Under the pieces are notes generated by a model. It had not been told where the DNA came from, did no database searches, and saw only the letters and a list, made by a program, of their open reading frames with translations. The position numbers were made by a program, and so were the translations under genes. From the NCBI GenBank assembly GCA_963822965.1, contig CAWGJT010000005.1:1952001-2016000 (forward strand): a stretch of 64,000 bases of DNA, read 5' to 3'. Positions within the stretch are counted from its first letter, which is position 1. Each line of letters begins with the position of its first letter. This DNA is from an uncultured delta proteobacterium (GTDB taxonomy: Bacteria; Myxococcota_A; UBA9160; UBA4427). Positions 18,498 through 27,880 of this stretch are shown in pieces.

Positions 18498-19292
18498 TCA
18501 GTCCACCACCGAGGCGCCGAGCGATTCGGAGAGCTGCCGGGCGGACTCCGTCAGCGCCGGCACGACCCGCGAGAAGAGATCCTCCTCGGAGAGCCGGAAC
18601 GCCGGGCCCGAGACCGACATGGCCGCGACGACCTCGCCACCGTCGCCGTGGACCGGGACGGCCGCGCAGTTCAGACCCGCCTCGCACTCTCCGAGATCGA
18701 ACGCATAGCCTTGACCGGCTACGGTCCGGAGCTGCTCGAATAGCTTCGCACCGTCGACCACGGTGTCCGGCGTCCTGGCCTCGAGCCCGCCAGCGGCGAC
18801 CACCGACCGATCGAAGCTCTCGCGCGTGGCCTTGTCGGCACAGCCGACCAGCACCTTGCCGAGAGCACTGCAGTGGGCGGGCAGCCTCTCTCCCACCCGC
18901 GAGGAGGTGACCAGGAGTCGCTTCGGCTCGATCCCGTCGAGGTGGACCACCTCGAAGTCCCGCAGCACGCCCAGGTGAGCGGTCTCGTCCAGCCCCCGCA
19001 CGAGATCGGCGAGCACGGGACGGGCGCGTTCGAGCAGGCTGTGGCTGCGCGCGTAGGCGCGGCCGAGCTCGAGGGAGCGTACGCCGAGGCGGTAGCGGTC
19101 GGTCGCTGTGCTCTGCTCGACATAGCCGCCGAGCTCCAGTGTGGCGAGCAGACGGAAGACGTTGTTCTTGTGCAATCCGAGGCGACGGGAGAGCTCGCTG
19201 ACTCCGAGCTCGGGCTCGCTGTAGAAGACTTCCAGCAAGCGCAGCGCATTGCTCACGGTCTGGATCGTGTAGTCGCTCTTCGGCTTGCTCAT
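18498..19292 (-). CDS. IclR family transcriptional regulator
   Basis: N-terminal HTH (IQTVSNALRLL..LGVSELSRRLGLHKNNVFRLL), LPAHCSALGK, AAMSVSGP. Confidence 0.93.
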   Translation of the reverse strand: MSKPKSDYTIQTVSNALRLLEVFYSEPELGVSELSRRLGLHKNNVFRLLATLELGGYVEQSTATDRYRLGVRSLELGRAYARSHSLLERARPVLADLVRGLDETAHLGVLRDFEVVHLDGIEPKRLLVTSSRVGERLPAHCSALGKVLVGCADKATRESFDRSVVAAGGLEARTPDTVVDGAKLFEQLRTVAGQGYAFDLGECEAGLNCAAVPVHGDGGEVVAAMSVSGPAFRLSEEDLFSRVVPALTESARQLSESLGASVVD

Positions 19293-19365
19293 TTCCGGGG
19301 CACCTCTCTCGACATCCGGCGCTGGGCTCGGAATGTCCGGGGGGGTTAGAAAGGCGGATCAGCTT

Positions 19366-19397
19366 TTCTGGCTTCTGGCTTCTGGCTTCTGGCTTCT
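19366..19397 (+). repeat. heptamer repeat (TTCTGGC) x4.5
   Basis: Directly visible. Confidence 0.9.
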
Positions 19398-19584
19398 CGG
19401 AGGATCGTGGCTCCCCGTCTGGTTCGACCGTCTCTGTCGCTTCGGGGGTACTCGGGTTCCCTTCTCTTCTACCTCTCTTCCTTCCTACCTCTGCTTCCGC
19501 TGCTTCTTCTATTATTGCCTCTGCTTCTACTTCAGCCTCTGCTTCCTCTACAGCTCTACAGCTCTACTACCTACTCCATCTCGG

Positions 19585-19654
19585 CTCTGCTTCTCCGCTC
19601 TGCTTTCTCCGCTCTGCTTTTTCCGCTCTGCTTTTTCCGCTCTCCTTTTTCCGC
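19585..19654 (+). repeat. 13-14-bp tandem repeat CTCTGCTTTTTCCG x5 within a pyrimidine-rich tract
   Basis: Directly visible. Confidence 0.9.
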
Positions 19655-19785
19655 ATTCCATCCCTCCCCCTCGTGGGCCGCCGAGGTGCTCTGCGAGCTC
19701 TTCGTTGCCTGCCTCGAGGGGTAGAACTGCTCTGATGACGGTTGAGAGTCCGTGAAGGTTTCGTGAATGTGGAGCGGAAACCAGA

Positions 19786-19812
19786 GTTATAGGGGGGGCC
19801 GTTCGTTGTCAA
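19786..19812 (-). promoter_or_regulatory. candidate sigma-70 promoter TTGACA-N15-TATAAC, with a C7 tract in the spacer
   Basis: Perfect -35 and 5/6 -10 in a very GC-rich genome. The spacer is 2 nt shorter than optimal. Confidence 0.5.
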
Positions 19813-20009
19813 CATACCATCTCGGGCGCGCTCACTCTTTTGGGGCGGCTAACACATTTCTGAGTAGTCGGGACCCTGGAGAGATCGGCGTTTCACAACG
19901 GAATTCGAAATCGCGAACCACGCGGGAAAAATCTTCACGCGGCGTGCATCCTGTGTGAGCGGACCGCGCGCGAATCCGCACATCCCCGGGCGTTGGGGGG
20001 CACGACGCC

Positions 20010-20504
20010 TCAGGCGGCGCGCGAGACGGCTTCGCGGGACAGCAGATCGGTCATGAGGGCAGCCACCCCCATCACGATGCATACGTCGGCGACGTTGAAG
20101 TCGGGCCAGGCATAGCCCGCCCACAGGCGGACATGAAGGAAGTCGATGACCTCGCCTCGCCAGATGCGGTCGAGGAAATTTCCGGCTGCACCAGCGAGGA
20201 CGAGACTCAATCCGAGAGATTGAATCCGGTCCCCCGGGGCCAACCGATGGTAGAAGCCGGCAATCACCAGGATCGCGATCAGCGACACGACCGCGAATCC
20301 GACCAGACGGCCATCCGACGCCATGGACGCGAACAGCCCGAAGGCCGCGCCCGGGTTGCGCGCGTGGGTGATGTAGAGGAAGCCGCCCAGGATCGGGATC
20401 CGCTCGCCGTGGACGAGCCGCGTCTCGACGAGCAGCTTGCAGAACTGATCCGCCGGCAACGCGCAGACCATCACACCCAACAGGATCCGGAGCTTCGGCG
20501 GCAC
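20010..20504 (-). CDS. lspA: lipoprotein signal peptidase II
   Basis: ADQFCK, NPGAAFG, GAAGNFLDR, VIDF, FNVADVCI. Confidence 0.92.
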   Translation of the reverse strand: MPPKLRILLGVMVCALPADQFCKLLVETRLVHGERIPILGGFLYITHARNPGAAFGLFASMASDGRLVGFAVVSLIAILVIAGFYHRLAPGDRIQSLGLSLVLAGAAGNFLDRIWRGEVIDFLHVRLWAGYAWPDFNVADVCIVMGVAALMTDLLSREAVSRAA

Positions 20505-20807
20505 TAGCGTCCCGTCCCGGAAGCTCGCCGGCGATCGGCCGCCCCTGCGGCTCGCCGGCTTCGTTGCGCTCCCATCTCGGTCGCGGCGGTCGCGCCGCGG
20601 TCGCGGGACACCAGTATCCCGTCCCGGAAGTTCGCCTGCATTCGGTCGCCCCTGCGCCCCGCCGACTGCGTTGCGCTCCCCTCGCCGTAGCGGGCTACGC
20701 CTCGGTCGCGCGCCTTGCCGGCGGGACGCACGAGCGACCTCGGTGCGATCGAGCGCACACCCGGCAGCGAGTCAATTTGGCGCCGAGCTTCCGGGACGGG
20801 ACACTAG
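20504..20807. mobile_element. MITE-like non-autonomous element (two tandem related copies) flanked by CTAG
   Basis: 20-bp terminal inverted repeats at 20508-20527 and 20784-20803 (19/20 identical). CTAG directly outside both ends. An internal end-junction lies at 20605-20634. Confidence 0.8.
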
Positions 20808-21322
20808 CGGAGTTCCGCGGCGGACAGGGATCCGTCGTCCCACACGTCCGGGGCCGCGTTGCGAGCCTGCTCGAGCAGCGGGAGCCCCTCGTCGAAGCGA
20901 CCGCTCTCGTACAGCGCCTGACCCCGCAGGCCGACGAGGTGCGGCTCGACCCTCGGGGAGGGTCCGCCTTCGGCGCGGAACAACGCGTCGGCCTTGTCGA
21001 GGAACGAGAGCGCCCAGGCGGGATCGTTGGTCTCCGCGTGGTGCCGCGCGATGGCCAGGTACGCGTAGGGATTGTTGGGATCCACGCGGAGGGCCTCCTC
21101 ATAGATGCCCATGGCGCGCTCGGGCTGGTCCGATGCATCGGCGTCGAGCCCCGTCACCACGATGCGCAGCGAGGCGCGCCGCGCCGGATCGCCTTCGCTC
21201 GTGACCTCGCTGATCCGCAGCGGCGCGAGGGTTTCCTCGGGTGGGCGGGCGAACCGGAGCGCGCACGAGGTCGCGAAGAGCGAGAGCGCCACCAGCAACC
21301 CCACCGCCGCGCGATTCGTCAT
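20804..21322 (-). CDS. TPR-repeat lipoprotein
   Basis: Lipobox (LFATSC), TPR-like YEEALRVDPNNPYAYLAIA. ATGA-coupled to PBP1B. Confidence 0.8.
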   Translation of the reverse strand: MTNRAAVGLLVALSLFATSCALRFARPPEETLAPLRISEVTSEGDPARRASLRIVVTGLDADASDQPERAMGIYEEALRVDPNNPYAYLAIARHHAETNDPAWALSFLDKADALFRAEGGPSPRVEPHLVGLRGQALYESGRFDEGLPLLEQARNAAPDVWDDGSLSAAELR

Positions 21323-23817
21323 CGGCCGAAGATCCGATCCCAGAACCCGCCGCCTTCGGGCCGCCGGGCACGGCGGCTGCCCGAGTCGTCGTCCTCCGGC
21401 TCGGTGCTGGTGCTCCGCCACGTGCAGATGCGGCTCGGCTCCGTTCCGCGCAGGAACACCTCGGGCACCCGCTCGGGACAGCCGACCATCGCGACGGCTC
21501 CCGTCTCCGGATTGATGTCGAGCTCGCGCACGCTCGGCGGGTGCAGGAAGGCACCCCGCACCTGCTTGCCGGTGGCGACGCTCATGAAATCGGCCCATAT
21601 GGGGAGGGCCCCCCAGCTGCTCTGGACGCCTATGGTACGCGGCTCGTCGAACCCGACCCAGACCACGGCCACGAGCTCCGGCGTGAAGCCCACGAACCAC
21701 AGGTCGTACTCGTCGTCGGTGGTTCCCGTCTTTCCCGCAACGGGGCCGACGAACCCCATGCTCCGCACCCGGCGTCCGGTGCCGCGGTCGATCACGCCTT
21801 CGAGCATCGACGTGGCGAGATAGGCGACGCCCTCGTCGAGCACGCGCTCGAAGCGAAGCTCCCGGCGCTCGAGGGTACGGCCGTGGGCGACCACGTCCTC
21901 GAAGGTGTGTGGCTGCGGGCGGATGCCGCCGTTGGCGATGGTCGAGTACGCGCGCGCGATCTCGATGGGCGCCACGGACGCGGTGCCAAGAGGCAGGCTC
22001 GGCACGCGGGGCAGATCGCTCGTCACGCCCAGACGGTGCGCCACGTCGATCACCCGGTCGACGCCCACCTCCATCCCCACCCGAATGGCGGGAATGTTGA
22101 TCGAGCCCTCGAGGGCGCGACGAGCGGTGACCGGTCCGCGGAACTGGTGATCGTAGTTCTGCGGCTGCCAGGTTCCGTCGCGGGTCTCGAGCTCGAGCGG
22201 CGAGTCCGAGAGCAGGCTGGCCAGGGTGATGACCGGCGGCTTCGACCCCACCGGCTCGAGCGCGGCGATGTAGGTGAACGGCTTGAAGGTGCTGCCGGCC
22301 TGGCGACGGGCCTGGGTGCAGCGATCGAACTGCGAGAGCCCGTAGTCGCGACCGCCCACGAGGGCCAGCACCTCCCCGGTCTGGGGTCGCATCGCGATCA
22401 GGCACCCCTGGAGTCGCCGGTTCGGGTCTTCCTCGCGCAGCTTCGGATAGCGCTTCTCGATCCGCTCGAGGCCCCGGGACAGGGCGCGCACCGCCGCGCG
22501 CTGGAGCCGCGGGTCGAGGGTGGAGTAGATCTCGAGTCCCTCCGCGGCCAGCACGTCCTTGTCGTACATCTCCGGAAGCTGGCGTCGCAGCACGTCGAGG
22601 AAGTAGCGCGACTCGCCGACCTCGGGTGTGACCGTCGCCACGCGAATCGGCTGGGACCGCGCGAGCTCGTACTCCTCGCGGCTCAAGCGACCCTGCTCGA
22701 GCATCAGCTTGAGCACGAGATTGCGCCGCTCCAGCGCCTTCTCCGGATGGCGATGGGGCGAGATGCGGTTCGGGGACTGGACGATGGCGGCGAGCAGCGC
22801 GCTCTCGGCCACGCTGAGCTCGCTGGCCCGCTTGCCGAAGTAGAACTTCGCTGCCTCGCCCATCCCGTGGATCTCGGTGGAGCCGCGCTGACCGAGATAG
22901 ATCTCGTTCAGGTAGCTCTCGAGGATCGCCTCCTTGTCGTAACGGGCCTCCACGAGCAGGGCCATCACGGCCTCGGTGAACTTCCGGCGCAGGGTCTGCT
23001 CGGGGGTGAGGAAGAAGTTCTTGACGAGCTGCTGCGTGAGGGTGCTCGCGCCCTGGCGGATGCCGCCGGCCCGCAGGTTCGCCAGCAAGGCGCCCGCGAT
23101 GCGGCGCGGGTCCACGCCGTGGTGGCTCTCGAAGCGCTGGTCCTCGATGGCCAGCACCGCATCGGACAGATGACGCGGCAGATCCTCGAGCCGCACGAGG
23201 TCGCGCTGCTCGCGGTCCACCCCGTAGTAGGCCCCCACCAGCTCCGGCTCCAGCAGAACGGCGCCCATCTCGTGGCCGCCGTAGCGCTCGACGATGGAGT
23301 CGATGAGGTCGCCCGCCAGGTGGATCGTCACGTAGCGCGCCGGCTCCTGGCGCGACGGGTGGTCGAAAGCCCGCAGGTACACCCGCAGCTCGCCCTTGCC
23401 CCAGCGGTAGCGGCCGGGCGCCAGCTCACCGGAGCCCGTGTCCTCCCGGTAGCCCAGACGATCGAGGGTCTGGGGCAGCTCGATGCGCTTCCAGTCGAGC
23501 CCGGGGTAGAGGATGGTGGGCGCCGACAGCACCCGGGAGGGGACCGAGAAGCGGCGGCCCTCGAAGCGTTCGACCACGATGCGGTCCTGCTCGAGCACCC
23601 AGCTCGACGCCCAGAAGCCGGCCAACACCGCCGCGACCGCGAGCAGACGGCCGGCGGTCCGGACACGCCGCCGCGCCGTCGAGTCGCCCCCGCCGCCGCG
23701 CGGGCTCCTCTTCGTCGAGCGCCCGGAGGAGGCGGCCTTCCGGCGCGCGGTCTTCCGGCTGCCCGAGCCCCGGGTGCCGCCGCCCTTCCCCCTGCCTGCC
23801 GATCCGCTGCCCGCCAA
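21319..23817 (-). CDS. mrcB: bifunctional class A penicillin-binding protein 1B (start approximate)
   Basis: TM segment and UB2H-like region; EDQRFESHHGVD, GASTLTQQLVKN, RKFTE; GSTFKP, SIN, KTG. Confidence 0.92.
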   Translation of the reverse strand: MAGSGSAGRGKGGGTRGSGSRKTARRKAASSGRSTKRSPRGGGGDSTARRRVRTAGRLLAVAAVLAGFWASSWVLEQDRIVVERFEGRRFSVPSRVLSAPTILYPGLDWKRIELPQTLDRLGYREDTGSGELAPGRYRWGKGELRVYLRAFDHPSRQEPARYVTIHLAGDLIDSIVERYGGHEMGAVLLEPELVGAYYGVDREQRDLVRLEDLPRHLSDAVLAIEDQRFESHHGVDPRRIAGALLANLRAGGIRQGASTLTQQLVKNFFLTPEQTLRRKFTEAVMALLVEARYDKEAILESYLNEIYLGQRGSTEIHGMGEAAKFYFGKRASELSVAESALLAAIVQSPNRISPHRHPEKALERRNLVLKLMLEQGRLSREEYELARSQPIRVATVTPEVGESRYFLDVLRRQLPEMYDKDVLAAEGLEIYSTLDPRLQRAAVRALSRGLERIEKRYPKLREEDPNRRLQGCLIAMRPQTGEVLALVGGRDYGLSQFDRCTQARRQAGSTFKPFTYIAALEPVGSKPPVITLASLLSDSPLELETRDGTWQPQNYDHQFRGPVTARRALEGSINIPAIRVGMEVGVDRVIDVAHRLGVTSDLPRVPSLPLGTASVAPIEIARAYSTIANGGIRPQPHTFEDVVAHGRTLERRELRFERVLDEGVAYLATSMLEGVIDRGTGRRVRSMGFVGPVAGKTGTTDDEYDLWFVGFTPELVAVVWVGFDEPRTIGVQSSWGALPIWADFMSVATGKQVRGAFLHPPSVRELDINPETGAVAMVGCPERVPEVFLRGTEPSRICTWRSTSTEPEDDDSGSRRARRPEGGGFWDRIFGR

Positions 23818-23914
23818 GTGACGCCCCCCACCCCGCAGCCAGCGTACCGCTTCCCGCGTCGCTGCGAGGCGTCCGCGGCTTGTGGTTCCCCCGCGAAACC
23901 GCGAGATTACCCGC

Positions 23915-25348
23915 ATGTCGAGCGACAAGAAGCCTTGGGGCGGACGCTTCGCCGGGGCGACCGATCCCGCCGTCGAGCGCTTCAGCGCCTCGGTCCACTT
24001 CGACCGGGCGCTGGCGCGCTACGACATCCGGGGATCCATCGCCCACGCCCGCATGCTGGGGCGCACCGGACTCGTCTCGCCGGCCGATGTCGACGCCCTC
24101 GTCGCCGGGCTGCAGAAGATAGAGAGCGAGCTGGAGTCGGGTGAGTTCCCCTTCGATCCCCGCCTCGAGGACATCCACATGAACGTCGAGGCCCGGCTCC
24201 GCAGCCACGTCGGGGACGTAGCGGGCCGGCTGCACACGGGCCGCTCGCGCAACGACCAGGTGGCCACGGATCTGGCCCTCTACCTCCGGGACGCCTGCGC
24301 GGCGGCGGGGCGCGGGCTGGTGGAGCTGCGCCGGGCCCTCGTCGACCGGGCCCGGGAGCACGTCGACACGATCCTGCCGGGCTATACGCACCTCCAGCGC
24401 GCCCAGCCCGTGCGCCTCGCCCACCACTGGCTGGCCCACGTGGAGGCCCTGGGGCGGGACGCGTCGCGCTTCCGGGACGCCCGGGAGAGGCTGGCCGGGT
24501 CACCCCTGGGCGCCGGGGCCCTGGCCGGCTCCACCCTGCCCCTGGACCGCGAGGACACCGCCGCCGCCCTGGGCTTCCGCGCGCCCACCCGCAACAGCAT
24601 GGACACCGTCTCGGCGCGGGACGGCGCCATGGAGTTCCTGGCGGCGACGGCCATCACGATGGTGCAGCTCTCCCGGCTGGCCGAAGAGCTGGTGCTGTGG
24701 TCGAGCGCCGAGTTCGGCTTCGTCGAGCTGGCCGACGCCTACTCGACGGGCTCGAGCCTGATGCCCCAGAAGAAGAACCCGGACGTGCCCGAGCTGGTGC
24801 GCGGCAAGACCGGCCGCGCCGTCGGCAACCTCGTCTCCCTGCTCACCACCATGAAGGGGCTGCCGCTCACCTACAACCGGGACATGCAGGAGGACAAGGA
24901 GCCGATCTTCGACTCCGCGGCGACGCTCGCCGATTCGCTCGAGGTGATGGCGGGCGCGATCGCCACGCTGCGAGTGGACGTGGAGCGCATGCGGGCCGCC
25001 GCCGAGGACCCGATGCTGCTCGCCACGGACCTGGCGGAGGTGCTCGTGCGCGAGGGGGTCCCGTTCCGGGAGGCGCACGAGGCAGTCGGGCGCATCGTCG
25101 GACACTGCACCCGGGCAGGCCTGGACCTGCGGTCGCTCGGCCTGGACGAGATGCGCGGCTTCCACCGGGCGTTTCCCGCCGCCGCCGGCGAGCTGCTCGA
25201 TCTCACCCGCAGCGTCGAGCAGCGCCGGCTCACCGGAGGCACGGCCGGCGAACGCGTGCGCGCGGCCCTCGAGCACGCCAGCGAGGAGCTGGAAGAAGAG
25301 GCCAAGGCCCTGGAGCTGGCGGCCGGGCCACCCGGACCCCCACGATGA
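23915..25348 (+). CDS. argH: argininosuccinate lyase
   Basis: WGGRF, EDIHMNVE, HTGRSRNDQV, GSSLMPQKKNPD. Confidence 0.96.
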   Translation: MSSDKKPWGGRFAGATDPAVERFSASVHFDRALARYDIRGSIAHARMLGRTGLVSPADVDALVAGLQKIESELESGEFPFDPRLEDIHMNVEARLRSHVGDVAGRLHTGRSRNDQVATDLALYLRDACAAAGRGLVELRRALVDRAREHVDTILPGYTHLQRAQPVRLAHHWLAHVEALGRDASRFRDARERLAGSPLGAGALAGSTLPLDREDTAAALGFRAPTRNSMDTVSARDGAMEFLAATAITMVQLSRLAEELVLWSSAEFGFVELADAYSTGSSLMPQKKNPDVPELVRGKTGRAVGNLVSLLTTMKGLPLTYNRDMQEDKEPIFDSAATLADSLEVMAGAIATLRVDVERMRAAAEDPMLLATDLAEVLVREGVPFREAHEAVGRIVGHCTRAGLDLRSLGLDEMRGFHRAFPAAAGELLDLTRSVEQRRLTGGTAGERVRAALEHASEELEEEAKALELAAGPPGPPR

Positions 25349-25575
25349 GGCGTTCCGCGGCGCTGCTCTTCGGATTGTCCGGGCTGCTGCTGGCGGGACC
25401 GTTCGCCGGATGCGGGCGCTACGGCAAGCCCGAGCGCTACCCGCCCCCGCCGCCCCCGGAATCCCGCCTGGCCGACCACGCGAGCGGCGCCGAGAAGCGG
25501 TACACCTTGGAGAGCCGCGAGGCGACCGATCCGGGCCCGGACGGGACTCCGGTGGCGGGCCGCGCGAGCCGCTAG
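25345..25575 (+). CDS. small lipoprotein, LptM/YifL-like
   Basis: Signal peptide followed by AGCGRYGKPERYP. ATGA-coupled to argH, in the usual argH-lipoprotein-lysA-dapF position. Confidence 0.65.
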   Translation: MRRSAALLFGLSGLLLAGPFAGCGRYGKPERYPPPPPPESRLADHASGAEKRYTLESREATDPGPDGTPVAGRASR

Positions 25576-25684
25576 AGGGTCCGGAGACGATGGCGGCGGC
25601 GCGCCAGCCGCCCGTTGGCCGGGCCGACCCCCGGAGCCGGAGCGAAGAGCCGAAGGCGAGCCAGAGGATGAGGAACCCGAACCC

Positions 25685-26959
25685 ATGAGTGACGCCCCCT
25701 TCGAGGCGTTTCCTCGACGCGACGGCGACCTGTACGTCGAGGGCGTGTCGGTCGCCGAGATCGTCGCGCGCGTCGGAACGCCCGCCTACCTCTACAGCGC
25801 GGGTGCGCTCGAGGCGGCCCACGACGCCCTGGCGAAGGCCTTCGCCGGCAACCGACATCTCGTCTGCTACGCCATCAAGGCCAACATGAACCTGGCCGTC
25901 GTGAACACGCTCGTGCGTCGCGGCGCGGGCGTCGACGTGACCAGCGGCGGCGAGCTCTTCCGCGCCCTGCGCGCCGGCGCCGACGCGCGCAAGATCGTGT
26001 ACTCCGGGGTCGGCAAGCGCGACGACGAGATCCGGGCCGCCCTCGACGCGGACATCAAGCTCTTCAACGTCGAATCGCGGGCCGAGCTGCGCCACATCGA
26101 CGCGGTTGCGGGCGACCTGGGGGTGCGTGCGCCGATCACCTTCCGGGTCAACCCCGACGTCGATCCGAAGACCCATCCCTACATCTCCACCGGGCTACGG
26201 ACGAGCAAGTTCGGCATTCCCATCACCGAAGCCGTGGACGCGTACGCGGAGGCCAAGGCGCTCTCCCACGTCGACGTCGTGGGCGTCGACTGCCACATCG
26301 GCTCGCAGCTCGTCAGCGTCCAGCCCATTGCGGACGCGCTCGCCCGGGTGCGCGACCTCGTGCTCGAGCTGCGCGCCGCCGGACACGCCATCGAGGTGAT
26401 CGACGTGGGCGGCGGGCTGGGCGTCACCTACGCCGAGGAGACGCCGCCCACGCCGCGCGAGTACGCGGCCGCCGTCCTCGGCGCCGTGGGAGACCTGGGC
26501 TGCGAGATCGTCGTCGAGCCCGGCCGTTCGATCACGGCGAACGCCGGCATCTTCGTGACCCGCGTCCTCTACACGAAGGGCACCGACGAGAAGAGCTTCG
26601 TCATCGTCGACGGCGCCATGAACGACCTGCTGCGACCGGCCCTCTATGGCTCGTACCAGCGGGTCGAGCCCGTCGGACCCGCCCGGGCCGGCACCCGCAA
26701 GATCGACATCGTGGGGCCCGTGTGCGAATCGGGCGACTTCCTGGCGAAGGATCGCTCGTTCCCGCACGTCGAGGAGGGCGACCTGCTGGCGGTGCGCTCC
26801 GCAGGCGCCTACGGGTTCGCGATGTCGTCGAACTACAACGGCCGACCCCGGTCCGCCGAGGTGCTGGTGCGCGGCGACCGCTTCGCGGTGGTCCGCGAGC
26901 GCGAGCGGCTGGAAGACCTCATCCGCGGGGAGTCGATCGCAGAGGACCTCTTCTCGTGA
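25685..26959 (+). CDS. lysA: diaminopimelate decarboxylase
   Basis: YAIKAN, THPYISTG..SKFG, HIGSQ, EPGR, GPVCESGD, GAYG..MSSNYN. Confidence 0.96.
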   Translation: MSDAPFEAFPRRDGDLYVEGVSVAEIVARVGTPAYLYSAGALEAAHDALAKAFAGNRHLVCYAIKANMNLAVVNTLVRRGAGVDVTSGGELFRALRAGADARKIVYSGVGKRDDEIRAALDADIKLFNVESRAELRHIDAVAGDLGVRAPITFRVNPDVDPKTHPYISTGLRTSKFGIPITEAVDAYAEAKALSHVDVVGVDCHIGSQLVSVQPIADALARVRDLVLELRAAGHAIEVIDVGGGLGVTYAEETPPTPREYAAAVLGAVGDLGCEIVVEPGRSITANAGIFVTRVLYTKGTDEKSFVIVDGAMNDLLRPALYGSYQRVEPVGPARAGTRKIDIVGPVCESGDFLAKDRSFPHVEEGDLLAVRSAGAYGFAMSSNYNGRPRSAEVLVRGDRFAVVRERERLEDLIRGESIAEDLFS

Positions 26960-27843
26960 GCGGCGACGGCGACACCACCGGAACCCCGCGCTCCGTCGAG
27001 TTCACGAAGATGCACGGCGCGGGCAACGACTTCGTGATGCTCGACGGCATCCGCCAGTCGCTCCCCGAGATGGAGTCGTTCGCCCGGCGCATCGGTCATC
27101 GCCAGCTCGGCATCGGCTGCGACCAGATCCTGGTGGCGCGACGGCCGCGCGACCCGGACAGCGCGGACTTCCGGATGGAGATCTACAACCAGGACGGCTC
27201 CCAGGTAGAGATGTGCGGCAACGGCATCCGCGCCTTCTTCAAGTACCTGCGCGACCACGGGCACACCTGCGCGGACGAGCTGCGGGTGGAGACCCTGGCC
27301 GGCGTGGTGGTGCCGCGCTGGGCGGGAGACGACCTGGTGCGGGTGGACATGGGACGCCCGGTGCTGGCGCCTGCAAAGATCCCCACCACCCTCGCGTCCG
27401 GCGACGGCCCCGTGCTGGACGTCACGCTCGTCTTCGACGACGGCGCCGATCCCTCCGAGGTGATCCTCTCCTCGGCGTCCATGGGGAACCCGCACGCCGT
27501 GGTCGTGGTGCCGGACGTGGAGACCGCGCCCGTGACGAGCCTCGGCCCGCGCATCGAGCACCACCCCGCCTTTCCCGCCCGCACCAACGTGGAGTTCGTC
27601 GAGATCGTCGCGCGCGATCACGTCCGGCAACGCACCTGGGAACGGGGCATGGGCGAGACGCTCGCCTGCGGCAGCGGCGCCTGCGCGGTGGGCGTGGTCT
27701 CCATGCTACGCGGCGTGGTGGACCGCGAGGTGCGGGTCGAGCTGCGCGGCGGCGACCTCACCATCGCCTGGGCGGGCGAAGACGCATCCGTGTTCATGAC
27801 CGGCCCGGCCGCGGAGGTCTTCACGGGCCGGATCGCCGTATGA
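26956..27843 (+). CDS. dapF: diaminopimelate epimerase
   Basis: FTKMHGAGNDF, EMCGNGIR, MGNPH, NVEF, ERG.GETLACGSG. Confidence 0.96.
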   Translation: MSGDGDTTGTPRSVEFTKMHGAGNDFVMLDGIRQSLPEMESFARRIGHRQLGIGCDQILVARRPRDPDSADFRMEIYNQDGSQVEMCGNGIRAFFKYLRDHGHTCADELRVETLAGVVVPRWAGDDLVRVDMGRPVLAPAKIPTTLASGDGPVLDVTLVFDDGADPSEVILSSASMGNPHAVVVVPDVETAPVTSLGPRIEHHPAFPARTNVEFVEIVARDHVRQRTWERGMGETLACGSGACAVGVVSMLRGVVDREVRVELRGGDLTIAWAGEDASVFMTGPAAEVFTGRIAV

Positions 27844-27880
27844 CCGCCGGGCGCCACGGCCGACGGGCGAGGAGGCAGCC

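Noticed and set aside
19285..19815. Short ORFs in the low-complexity tract (19285-19755, 19407-19724, 19567-19815)
   Set aside because: The translations simply mirror the nucleotide repeats (F/L/S/C-rich or K/E/R-rich), and codon usage is unlike the real genes.
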